From NCBI GenBank assembly GCA_003142535.1, contig PLMQ01000064.1, positions 56,354 through 120,353 on the forward strand: a stretch of 64,000 bases of DNA. The letters are read 5' to 3'. Within the stretch, counting starts at the first letter, position 1; every line of letters begins with the position of its first letter. This document shows, in pieces, positions 19,991 through 29,116 of the stretch. Below the pieces are notes generated by a model. The model made no database searches and was not told where the DNA came from. It worked only from the letters and a program-made list of their open reading frames with translations. Source of the stretch: Syntrophaceae bacterium. GTDB lineage: Bacteria > Desulfobacterota > Syntrophia > Syntrophales > Smithellaceae. A program made the translations under genes and the position numbers.

Positions 19991-21886
19991 TCAGTGCCTA
20001 CCATGCGGGGCTTTACTCTTTGCTTCTTCATATTCCGCGCGCAAAGCAATGTGGTCGGTGTCGTCTAAATCCTCGGCTCTTTTTACCCAATCTTCAAATT
20101 TAATATCCACGCCGAAGATGCCAGTCATTTCGTCTTTATCATTAACGAGTGGAGCCGAAACGGTGAAGCATAAAACTCCGGTCATCTTGGAAATGAAGAA
20201 ATCGGTGACATGCACTTTACCTGTCTGTAACGGCTTAATAAACCACTCGCGGTCGGATTGATCTGTGCCGACGCCGTAATTCTCATATTTAGCACGATCG
20301 GCAATGTTTGTTATATTTTTCGTCGTTTTTCGTCCATTCATATCCACTACATAAGCAAACTGAATGGAAGGATTTTCATCGACAAATTCCTGCATCAACG
20401 GTTCTTGTTTTGCGGATTTCATCGTTTTCATTGCCGTATCTTCGATAATCTGATTCACGGCGGCTACAGCAGCTTCTTCCGCGGTAAATTTGATTTTTTC
20501 CAGCGCCGACATAAATAATTCCGGCAAATATTTACGTACTTTCTTCTCCAATTCCTCCGGAGAAATGCTGGTTTGACGTCCGTCATCATATTGTTCAGCA
20601 GTCCATTTATGAATCTTGGAAACACCCGGATTTCTTTTATCCACGGCGCCGTCACCTTTGAGATTGAAACGTTGATTAATCCAGAAGGCAATACCGGCAT
20701 TACCCGATTTATCCGTAATCATAGTTACGACCGGTCGTTTCAGAATTTTGCCGGTATCGAATATGTTGTATATTTCTTCGCACTTGATGAGGCCGTCGGC
20801 ATGAACACCGGCGCGGGTGACATTGAATTCTGAACCGACAAAAGGATAGTTATGCGGTATCTTAACGCCGATTTTCTTTTCAAAATATTCGGCAATATCA
20901 GTAATTACAGTTGTATCAATTCCATCGTTGTGACCTTTCAGGGCGATGTATTCGATGATCAGGCCTTCAATCGGCGGATTGCCTGTGCGTTCACCAAGAC
21001 CAAGAAGGGTGGAATTAGCTGCGCTGCAGCCATAGAGCCAGGCTGTTGTGGCATTAATCATGGCTTTATGGAAGTCGTTGTGTCCATGCCACTCGAGAAG
21101 TTCACCGGGAACACCGGCATCATCAATGAATGCCCGGACAAGTTTGTCCACACTTCGAGGCAGCGATGCACCCGGATAAGTTACGCCGTAACCCATAGTA
21201 TCGCAGAGCCTGATTTTGATATCAATGCCGCTTTCTTCCCTGAGTTTCATCAGTTCAATTGCAAAAGGAACACAAAAGCCATAAATATCGGCGCGAGTAA
21301 TATCCTCAAAATGGCAGCGCGGCCTTATTCCCAGATCAAGAACGGATTTGACGACACCCAGATAATCGTCCATCGCCTGGCTGCGTTTCTTTTTTAGTTT
21401 TAAAAAAATATGGTAGTCGGAAACGGAGGTAAGCAATCCTGTTTCTTTAAGCCTTGCTTCTTTAACCAGTTTAACATCTTCCTTAGCGGCACGAATCCAA
21501 CCGGTTATTTCCGGATATTGCAGGCCAAGTTTAAGACATTCTTTTACAGCATCTTTATCTTTTTTGCTGTAAAGAAAGAATTCGGTTTGCCGGATAACGC
21601 CATTAGGTCCGCCCAATTTACTCAGAAGTTTGTAAATATCGACGATTTGTTCAACGGTGTATGGCGGCCTTGATTGCTGTCCGTCACGGAATGTAGTATC
21701 AGTAATGAATATTTCTTCAGCCCGATTTACCGGAATCAGTTTATGATCAAAAACTATTTTGCTTATTTCAGAATAGGGAAAAACATCCTTCATCAAATTC
21801 GGTTCATCGACTTCCTTGAGATCATATTTCCAAAATTTGTCCATTTGCTGATCAAGGAGTTTTTTCTCTTTATTCCATTTTACCAT
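19991..21886 (-). CDS. HMGL-like synthase (isopropylmalate/homocitrate/Re-citrate synthase family) fused to a C-terminal Cache-like domain
   Basis: N-terminal ITDTTFRDGQQ and HGHNDFH metal/substrate motifs of the DRE-TIM aldolase family. The last ~170 aa show a Cache/PDC-like pattern (YVVDMNGRK...GTDQSDREWF...KMTGVLCFTVSAPL...GIFGVDI). Confidence 0.65.
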   Translation of the reverse strand: MVKWNKEKKLLDQQMDKFWKYDLKEVDEPNLMKDVFPYSEISKIVFDHKLIPVNRAEEIFITDTTFRDGQQSRPPYTVEQIVDIYKLLSKLGGPNGVIRQTEFFLYSKKDKDAVKECLKLGLQYPEITGWIRAAKEDVKLVKEARLKETGLLTSVSDYHIFLKLKKKRSQAMDDYLGVVKSVLDLGIRPRCHFEDITRADIYGFCVPFAIELMKLREESGIDIKIRLCDTMGYGVTYPGASLPRSVDKLVRAFIDDAGVPGELLEWHGHNDFHKAMINATTAWLYGCSAANSTLLGLGERTGNPPIEGLIIEYIALKGHNDGIDTTVITDIAEYFEKKIGVKIPHNYPFVGSEFNVTRAGVHADGLIKCEEIYNIFDTGKILKRPVVTMITDKSGNAGIAFWINQRFNLKGDGAVDKRNPGVSKIHKWTAEQYDDGRQTSISPEELEKKVRKYLPELFMSALEKIKFTAEEAAVAAVNQIIEDTAMKTMKSAKQEPLMQEFVDENPSIQFAYVVDMNGRKTTKNITNIADRAKYENYGVGTDQSDREWFIKPLQTGKVHVTDFFISKMTGVLCFTVSAPLVNDKDEMTGIFGVDIKFEDWVKRAEDLDDTDHIALRAEYEEAKSKAPHGRH

Positions 21887-21907
21887 TTTCTTTCTCCAGT
21901 AAATTGT

Positions 21908-23680
21908 TTAAACTATTTTTAACGATAGTTCCATCAATTGTTTGATGCTCACTTTTGATGGAGCCTCGGATAAAAGACAGGCCGCCTTCTGTGTTTTCGG
22001 AAACGCAATGACGTCACGGATGGATTCGGTATGTGTCATAATCATGGTTAATCTGTCCAGACCGAAAGCAATGCCGCCATGAGGCGGAGCGCCGTATTCG
22101 AGGGCTTCGAGGAGGAAGCCGAATTTGGAACGGGCTTCTTCTTCGGATAATCCCAAGGCGTCGAATGCTTGCGCCTGCACATCCTTGCGGTGAATACGAA
22201 TACTGCCGCCGCCGATTTCCGAGCCGTTGAGTACCAGGTCATAAGCGCGCGCCCGGACTTTGCCCGGATCGCTTTTGAGCAGAGGCAAATCTTCCAGAAA
22301 AGGCGATGTAAACGGATGATGCGTCGAAACAAAGCGTTTTTCAGTATCAGAATACTCCATAAGCGGGAATTCGGTAATCCATGTGAAGGCCAGCGCTTCG
22401 GGATCAATTAAATTAAGTTTTTTCGCCAGATGCAATCTTAAGTTACCCAGCGAATCATTAACAACGCGGGGTGTATCAGCGACAAAGAAAATTATATCGC
22501 CTTCTTTAGCATTCATTTTTTTGCCGATATTTCCCACTTCCGCGGGCTGTAAAAATTTATAAATCGGCGATGTCCAATCAGCGGCATTGACTTTTGCCCA
22601 GGCTAGTCCTTTGGCACCGTAAACAGCAACGTAATCTTTCAACCCGTCAAGGTCTTTGCGTGACAGGCTTGCAGCCTTCTCGGCTTTGATAGCCTTGATA
22701 ATTCCGCCGGAAGCAGCGACTTCCTGAAATAATTTGAAACCGGAATTTTTCACTATGTCGGTTAAATCCACGAGCTCCATACCGAAACGCACATCGGGAT
22801 TGTCCTTGCCATAGCGGCTGATGGCATCACGATAAGTGAGCCTCGGCAGGGGCAGAGCAATCTCGCGCCCGAGGCAACTTTTAAATATTACGGCCATCAG
22901 GCCTTCCATAATTTGCATGATATCCTCTTCGGTGATGAAGGACATCTCGACGTCAATTTGCGTAAATTCCGGCTGGCGGTCGGCGCGTAAATCTTCATCG
23001 CGGAAGCATTTCACAATTTGATAATAACGATCAAATCCGGAAACCATCAAGAGCTGCTTGAATATCTGTGGCGATTGCGGCAGAGCGTAAAACATGCCCT
23101 GATAAATACGGCTGGGGACAAGATAATCGCGCGCACCCTCGGGAGTGCTTTTACCGAGAAAAGGTGTTTCTACTTCGATGAAGCCATTTTTATCAAAATA
23201 ATTGCGGGTTGCTGAGGCCAGACGGCTGCGTAAAAATAAATTCTGCTGGATTGCGGGACGGCGCAAATCGATATAGCGGTATTTCAGACGCACGTTTTCC
23301 GATATTTCCACGTCATCCAAAGAAAAAGGCGGCGTTTTGGATTCATTCATTATTTCCAGTTCTGAAACTATTACTTCAATCCCACCAGTTTTCAGCGCGG
23401 GATTTTCCATGCCGTCGGGTCTTTTACGCACTTTTCCTTTAACGGCTAAAACAAATTCACTGCGGATGCGGTGAGCTTGCCCGTGGACTGCATCACCGGC
23501 ATCGGGATTGAAAACTACCTGTACAATTCCTTCCCGGTCGCGCAGGTCAACGAAGATGACCCCGCCGTGATCGCGCCTGCGATGCGCCCAGCCCATCAGA
23601 ATTACTTCTTTCCCTATGTCGGAGATTCCCACATCTCCGCAGTAATGAGTTCTCTTGTCTTTAGTTATGAAATCAGTCAA
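21908..23680 (-). CDS. aspS: Aspartyl-tRNA synthetase
   Basis: 590-aa class II aaRS: OB-fold N-terminus, [16 protein letters not shown] motif 2 region and C-terminal GGIAFGLDR. Confidence 0.96.
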   Translation of the reverse strand: MTDFITKDKRTHYCGDVGISDIGKEVILMGWAHRRRDHGGVIFVDLRDREGIVQVVFNPDAGDAVHGQAHRIRSEFVLAVKGKVRKRPDGMENPALKTGGIEVIVSELEIMNESKTPPFSLDDVEISENVRLKYRYIDLRRPAIQQNLFLRSRLASATRNYFDKNGFIEVETPFLGKSTPEGARDYLVPSRIYQGMFYALPQSPQIFKQLLMVSGFDRYYQIVKCFRDEDLRADRQPEFTQIDVEMSFITEEDIMQIMEGLMAVIFKSCLGREIALPLPRLTYRDAISRYGKDNPDVRFGMELVDLTDIVKNSGFKLFQEVAASGGIIKAIKAEKAASLSRKDLDGLKDYVAVYGAKGLAWAKVNAADWTSPIYKFLQPAEVGNIGKKMNAKEGDIIFFVADTPRVVNDSLGNLRLHLAKKLNLIDPEALAFTWITEFPLMEYSDTEKRFVSTHHPFTSPFLEDLPLLKSDPGKVRARAYDLVLNGSEIGGGSIRIHRKDVQAQAFDALGLSEEEARSKFGFLLEALEYGAPPHGGIAFGLDRLTMIMTHTESIRDVIAFPKTQKAACLLSEAPSKVSIKQLMELSLKIV

Positions 23681-23686
23681 AACTTG

Positions 23687-24949
23687 TTACCTCTCTCTTA
23701 TAAATGTAATTATTGTTTTTTGCAGGTTGTCGAGCGACAACGCCTGCTGGTCTTTTGTTTTCATGTTTCTTAATTGCGCCTGCTTTTCATCAATCTCTTT
23801 ATCGCCCAAAATAAGCGTAAAAGAACTGTTTAATTTATCAGCACGTTTCATCTGGCTTTTTAAACTCTTATCGGCATAATCCATTTCCGCGGCTATTCCC
23901 GCCCGGCGCAATTCATTGGTGAGCTTGAAGCCGAGTTTCTGGGCGCGATCGCCCAATGCCGCAATAAACAAATCTGTCTGGAAAACATTTTTTCCTTCTT
24001 CCGGGAGACATGCAACCAGCCGTTCAAAACCAACGGCAAATCCGATCCCAGCAACTTCCGGCCCGCCGAGAAATTTAACAAGACCGTCATATCTGCCGCC
24101 ACCGGCAACAGCATTTTGCGCACCGAGCGCTCCTGATTTTACTTCAAACGCGGTTTTGGTGTAGTAATCCAGGCCGCGTACCATACGGACGTTTATATCG
24201 AAAGAAATCTTCAAATCGTTGAGCAGCGATTGAACCTGCTTAAAATGTCCTTCGCAATCAGAACATAGAAAATCAAGAATCCGCGGTGCGTTGGCAATGA
24301 TAGTGCCGCAGGTTTCCACTTTACAGTCAAAAACACGCAGCGGGTTGGTATTGATCCGCCTTTGGCAATCCGGGCAAAGCTCATTTTCCCGACCTTTGAG
24401 GAATTCAATGATCGCTTTGGAAAATGTCGGACGGCAGGCTTTGCAGCCAAGTGAATTGATTTCCAGCTGCAAATCTTTTAATCCCGTGCTTTGCAGAAAA
24501 CGAATGAGCATGAAAATTATTTCAGCGTCGGATTGCGGTTTGTCATCGCCGAATAACTCAACATCGATCTGGTTAAACTGGCGAAAGCGACCTTTTTGCG
24601 GCCGCTCACGGCGAAACATCGGGCCAATCGTAAATAGCTTGGTTACTTGTTCGTTGGCGAACATGTTATGTTCAATATAGGCGCGGATAACTGAGGCGGT
24701 AGCTTCCGGCCGCAAAGTGAGCAGTTCATCATCGCGATCACGAAAGGTGTACATCTCTTTTTCGACGATATCTGTAGTTTCGCCGATGCTGCGCTTGAAT
24801 AATTCGGTTTTTTCCATAATGGGAATACGGATTTCCCGAAAGCCAAAGGAATTAAACACAAAACGGGCGATAGTCTCCACTTCCTGGAAGCGGAAGGCAT
24901 CATCCGGTAAAATATCTTTAAATCCCCGAATTGCTGTAATTTTTTCCAT
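23687..24949 (-). CDS. hisS: Histidyl-tRNA synthetase
   Basis: RGFKD..P N-terminus, MFRRERPQKGRFRQF motif 2 and GGGRYD motif 3. Confidence 0.96.
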   Translation of the reverse strand: MEKITAIRGFKDILPDDAFRFQEVETIARFVFNSFGFREIRIPIMEKTELFKRSIGETTDIVEKEMYTFRDRDDELLTLRPEATASVIRAYIEHNMFANEQVTKLFTIGPMFRRERPQKGRFRQFNQIDVELFGDDKPQSDAEIIFMLIRFLQSTGLKDLQLEINSLGCKACRPTFSKAIIEFLKGRENELCPDCQRRINTNPLRVFDCKVETCGTIIANAPRILDFLCSDCEGHFKQVQSLLNDLKISFDINVRMVRGLDYYTKTAFEVKSGALGAQNAVAGGGRYDGLVKFLGGPEVAGIGFAVGFERLVACLPEEGKNVFQTDLFIAALGDRAQKLGFKLTNELRRAGIAAEMDYADKSLKSQMKRADKLNSSFTLILGDKEIDEKQAQLRNMKTKDQQALSLDNLQKTIITFIRER

Positions 24950-25120
24950 AATATATACCCGTAATTAAAGAAAAATTTATTAACATATTAGATTGTGATT
25001 GGCAATGGGAAAAAGAGATTGATCAGGCTTTTGCGTTTTAGATTGGCAAAGGCATAAATCTTCAGACTGACATAGGGATCAGCCACGAGTGTAACGAGTA
25101 GGCTGCATCACCTTTTTAGC

Positions 25121-26161
25121 TTATTCTTTATCTTTTAATTGTTCCTTTTTTAGAGTAAAAATAAAATATATAGTACCATCATTCTTTATATGATCGATTA
25201 TCCAATTTGTATTTTTGAGGATACTTTTTAGTCCATCTATACCGATTAATCTCGATGAAACACCCATAATTTTCATTCCTTCAAAAATATACGGGTTAAT
25301 ATTGGTTTCATCGAAAAGAAGTGTGCCGGCAATTTGCATATCATCTGCAGAATTATCGTAAGCTGTATTTAAATTTTCAATAATTTCTTTATCTGATCCA
25401 TATTCAAAAAGACCACCTTCTGATGTACATAACTGTATCCACTCTTTTCTTTCTGTCAGTAAATCTGATAATTTTTGCGTATTAGTCCAATTATTTTGAA
25501 TATGCCGAAACGAGATATCCAAACCATTAAAGTAAGAGTTGGATTCCTTCAACACTTCTATACATTGTTTGGCGAAATAAGGTCCATAGGTATCAATATC
25601 AAGAATATTAATTTCAATTTTTCTTTCTTTTAATAGCAAAGGCTCATTTTTTTGTATAAGTATAAGTGTATTGATGGTATCGCTTGCGGCACCACCGGCA
25701 ATATTGATGAAGCATAAACTCTTTTGGGGAGTTTTCTTGAGTTGAGGTATCAATATCTCGGCTTGATACTTACATATATCTCTTAATCTCATTCTCAGCG
25801 CTATAGCGTTTATCTTTTTAGAACCAAATTTAATCCAAAAACCTACCCTTACTCCTTTAATAAGGTTATGCCCGAGTTTCATTATTAATGTAGTCATCCC
25901 ACTCATATATGTGTTTTCCATTTTTGATAGCTTCGCCATTATCTTCTTTATGAAAAAAGGAAGTTTTTTTATTTGTTCTGCTTTTTGGGCTGCTTTAAGG
26001 CTTAACGATTTAAAGGCATCTTCATCAATGGTTGAAATAAAAAGCGGATGAGTAATATCGAGCACTGGCAACTCTATTCCTGTATATGTAAATGTATATG
26101 AAATGCCCGATATTTTGCTTTGTTTGTTCACTAATTTCTTTTTCATTTTGTTAAACCTCAA
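25121..26161 (-). CDS. Hypothetical protein, AT-rich orphan; weak class-I SAM-methyltransferase-like motif pattern
   Basis: 346-aa ORF, visibly more AT-rich than its neighbours. CFINIAGGAASD followed by INILDID resembles Rossmann motif I / acidic beta-2 end. I recognise no family confidently. Confidence 0.35.
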   Translation of the reverse strand: MRFNKMKKKLVNKQSKISGISYTFTYTGIELPVLDITHPLFISTIDEDAFKSLSLKAAQKAEQIKKLPFFIKKIMAKLSKMENTYMSGMTTLIMKLGHNLIKGVRVGFWIKFGSKKINAIALRMRLRDICKYQAEILIPQLKKTPQKSLCFINIAGGAASDTINTLILIQKNEPLLLKERKIEINILDIDTYGPYFAKQCIEVLKESNSYFNGLDISFRHIQNNWTNTQKLSDLLTERKEWIQLCTSEGGLFEYGSDKEIIENLNTAYDNSADDMQIAGTLLFDETNINPYIFEGMKIMGVSSRLIGIDGLKSILKNTNWIIDHIKNDGTIYFIFTLKKEQLKDKE

Positions 26162-26387
26162 CTTTCAAGTAATTTCTCCAAGTATGAATGCCTAAAATTT
26201 AATGTACCAAGGTGGTATTTTCAGAATATTTATGGAAACATACTTTATTCCTAAAAAAATTAAAATATAAATTTGTGTTTTAAAATCAATAGGAAACTAG
26301 ATTTATACTTCTGATACATTGCTGTAATAAAATGAAAAGTCAAGCTCGTAAAACATTGTAAATTTATCCAAAGAAGAAACCATCTCT

Positions 26388-29009
26388 TCATCTATTTCTC
26401 TTGATGAATGTCTCTTCAGTTAAAGAAATTCCATCGGTAGTAAAAGTAATTGCTCCATCTTGATCGGTGCGGAAAATATCAACACCTGCATCTTTGTATC
26501 TGCGCAAAACTGAAGGATGGGGATGATGGAAAACATTGCTTCTACCGGCGCTGACAACCGCATATTGGCAGGCTGCTTTTTTTATGAAAGCGGTACTGCT
26601 GGAATGTTTGGAGCCGTGATGCGGAACAACAAGAACGTTACTCTTTATATTTTGTTTTGTTTGCACCAATTGTTCTTCAATTTCGGATGATATATCACCA
26701 GTGATGAGAAAAACAATATCGCCATATTTTATTTTAAATACAAGAGATGAGTCATTTGTTGCATTGTCTGATGAGTAATGGGAATTAGCCGCAAGATACG
26801 GCTGTAACGGCCAGAGAATATTTATATCTGCTCCATTAATATTTATTGTTGCCGATTGCCGGGATAAAAATACTTTTTTGATATTTCTTTCAGCAATTAT
26901 TTTTTGCAAGATTGCATAATCTTCATCGTTGGTCTCATATCCCGTAAACCAGAATTCTTTTACATGGAAGTTGTCTAATATATATTTAAGACCACCATAA
27001 TGATCAGGATGAGGGTGCGTAAGGACTACAGTGTCAATCTGAGAAATTCTTTCGTGATACAGATAGGGTGCTATAACCATTTTCCCCATATCGAAAGTAC
27101 TGTCGGGAAAGCCGCCGCCATCAATGAGCATAGTTTTCCCATCAGGGAAACGCACCATAGTTGAATTCCCCTGTCCCACATCAATTGCCGTAATCTTTAA
27201 GTTTGAAGAAAATTTATCCTTAACCGAAAAATAAATACTTGTACTTATTAACAATGTGAAAACAAAAATTAGTCCATACAACAAAAACGGCCGGGAGCGT
27301 CTTCGAGACTCAATTTTCAGTGCCTCTTCTCTTTTTACGTCAATAAATTTAATCAAAAGAATGAAGAATAAATAAAATAATATAATTTCCAAGATGCTCG
27401 GTTTCGTAATTGCGAAAGAAGACCAGGATAAGTCTGCTAATTTATTTATTATGATAACCGATATTTGAGTGATGAAAGATGCGGCCTTAATGAAGAATCC
27501 GGCAAGCAGTGGAGAAAAGGAAAAGATAATTGCGAGTATGGATATGGCGAGCGCCACTTCTCCTAATAAGGGCACAGCAATCAAATTGGCAATAATCGTA
27601 ATAGCGGAAACTCGGTTGAAATAATAAATTATAAAAGGCAATGTACCGATGGTTGCGGCTATGCAGACGATTACGGCCATTTGCAGATAACGAATAATAC
27701 TTTGACTCCAACGCGGAATGTTCTCGAATGAGGCTGGAGTTACATTGCTGAAACGCGGAACAATATAAATAAGCGCGAGTACGGAGAGAAACGAAAGTTG
27801 AAAAGAAATATCAAAAAGGGCTTCAGGAGACAAAATCAAAATAATCAATCCGGCCAGAGCGAGAGTATTATATAAGTCCCGTTGTTTGCCGGAAATCAAG
27901 GCGATAAGGAAGATCAAGGCCATTAACGCTGACCTGACAACAGTAACATCCATGCCGGCAATAAGTGCATAAATTATAACCAGAATAAAAGATGCGGCCG
28001 CTGCTATTTTTATAATATTGAACCTGAGCATTAAATATTCAGAAAATTGCAGAAGAATAATTATCAAGAAAAAAGCCGTTGCCGCTACCATCCCGATATG
28101 CAGGCCGGAAATGGAAAGAATATGCGAAGTTCCCGTCTTATTGAAATTATCACGCACGTCTTCCGGGATAGCATTTTGATCGCCAATAATCATGGCCGTG
28201 ATAATTTCCCGCTCAGGTGACGATGAATTTTCGTAAATGATTTTTCTTAGATAATTTCTGAAATACTCCAGCATTAATTTCCAACTGCTGGCGGAATCCG
28301 CACGCAATAAAATTATGCGTGCTTTATTGGAAACAAAGCCTGTGGCATATATTCCCTGCCGGTTTAAGAATTTTTCATAGTCAAAACCACCGGGATTTTT
28401 AAAACTATTAATATTCTTCAGCGCTGATTGGAACCGGATAAAATCACCGTAATTAAAGTTTAAGTCCTGAGGAATTACCAGTCGGATATTGCCTTGTACC
28501 GGAATATATTGCGTATCATTCTTTATCCTCAGGCAACGGACGATCAGAACATTCTTTTCCGGATAAGAAATTGGATTTTCAATCACAATTCCTTCCATGG
28601 TTATTTTTCCAGAATTAACGTATCTGCTGACATGGTGATCTGCTTTTGCAAAATACTGCTGTTTCTGACTATTGAAGAGACCAATTAAAAAGGCAAAAAA
28701 GATAATTAATGAGATGCTTAATATTTGCCATTTATTAGTGAAACTCCAATTCCGAAAGCGAAGCGCAGTGGACTTGCTTACTTGAATAATCCTGCTCAGC
28801 GGAGGGTATAATATCCCGCAGTGAGCATTGGAATCGGCTTCCACAGACTGCTTTGGGTGTTCATACCCGATATTCATTAAAGAAATGATAATAGAGAAAA
28901 GAACAAAAATGGTAGAAATAAGAATAATTAAAAAAGATATATAAAAATAATTACCGATTATAATTCCGGCCACAAGACCGAAAAAAGGATATATTAATGG
29001 CCTGCTCAT
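26388..29009 (-). CDS. comEC: DNA internalization competence protein ComEC/Rec2 (with metallo-beta-lactamase domain)
   Basis: 873-aa polytopic protein with a competence-domain TM core and a C-terminal MBL motif LTHPHPDHYGG. The N-terminal loop carries an in-frame type-1 repeat copy. Confidence 0.9.
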   Translation of the reverse strand: MSRPLIYPFFGLVAGIIIGNYFYISFLIILISTIFVLFSIIISLMNIGYEHPKQSVEADSNAHCGILYPPLSRIIQVSKSTALRFRNWSFTNKWQILSISLIIFFAFLIGLFNSQKQQYFAKADHHVSRYVNSGKITMEGIVIENPISYPEKNVLIVRCLRIKNDTQYIPVQGNIRLVIPQDLNFNYGDFIRFQSALKNINSFKNPGGFDYEKFLNRQGIYATGFVSNKARIILLRADSASSWKLMLEYFRNYLRKIIYENSSSPEREIITAMIIGDQNAIPEDVRDNFNKTGTSHILSISGLHIGMVAATAFFLIIILLQFSEYLMLRFNIIKIAAAASFILVIIYALIAGMDVTVVRSALMALIFLIALISGKQRDLYNTLALAGLIILILSPEALFDISFQLSFLSVLALIYIVPRFSNVTPASFENIPRWSQSIIRYLQMAVIVCIAATIGTLPFIIYYFNRVSAITIIANLIAVPLLGEVALAISILAIIFSFSPLLAGFFIKAASFITQISVIIINKLADLSWSSFAITKPSILEIILFYLFFILLIKFIDVKREEALKIESRRRSRPFLLYGLIFVFTLLISTSIYFSVKDKFSSNLKITAIDVGQGNSTMVRFPDGKTMLIDGGGFPDSTFDMGKMVIAPYLYHERISQIDTVVLTHPHPDHYGGLKYILDNFHVKEFWFTGYETNDEDYAILQKIIAERNIKKVFLSRQSATININGADINILWPLQPYLAANSHYSSDNATNDSSLVFKIKYGDIVFLITGDISSEIEEQLVQTKQNIKSNVLVVPHHGSKHSSSTAFIKKAACQYAVVSAGRSNVFHHPHPSVLRRYKDAGVDIFRTDQDGAITFTTDGISLTEETFIKRNR
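28730..28876 (+). repeat. Type-1 modular hairpin repeat, copy B (inside comEC coding frame)
   Basis: The 5' core ATTTATTAGTGAAACTCCAATTCCGAAAGCGAAGC and 3' block AATCGGCTTCCA...GCTTTGGGTGTTCATACCCG match copy A. The comEC frame reads through its reverse complement without a stop. Confidence 0.8.
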
Positions 29010-29074
29010 GGGATTTTTATCTTTCGCGGTACTGCAAATTTATTAGCCAAAACATTTAAAATATTATAGCATGA

Positions 29075-29090
29075 TGGCAAGTGTATTGCT
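29075..29090 (+). promoter_or_regulatory. Sigma54 (-24/-12) promoter-like element upstream of the kinase/regulator pair
   Basis: TGGCAAGTGTATTGCT compared with the consensus TGGCACG-N4-TTGCW: GG and GC are correctly spaced. It lies 27 nt upstream of ATG 29117. Confidence 0.5.
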
Positions 29091-29116
29091 GCAAAAAAGG
29101 AAGATAATAAAATATA

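Noticed and set aside
20852-21397. Long antisense ORFs inside well-supported genes. This 181-aa ORF lies opposite the HMGL-type synthase. Similar cases are 35901-36437 opposite the acyl-CoA synthetase, 13419-13934 opposite dxr/rseP, 11548-11955 opposite cdsA, 17317-17733 opposite adk and 52847-53266 opposite recG.
   Set aside because: Each lies entirely within a gene whose opposite-strand product has clear family motifs. Their translations are low-complexity and motif-free, so they look like shadow ORFs.
24950-25120. Duplicated GATTGGCAA boxes between the orphan gene and hisS, considered as a repeat remnant or small RNA.
   Set aside because: On the minus strand they read as TTGCCA -35-like boxes (one with a TAATAA at 17-nt spacing). 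An ordinary hisS promoter region explains them more simply, and I found no stable structure or terminator.
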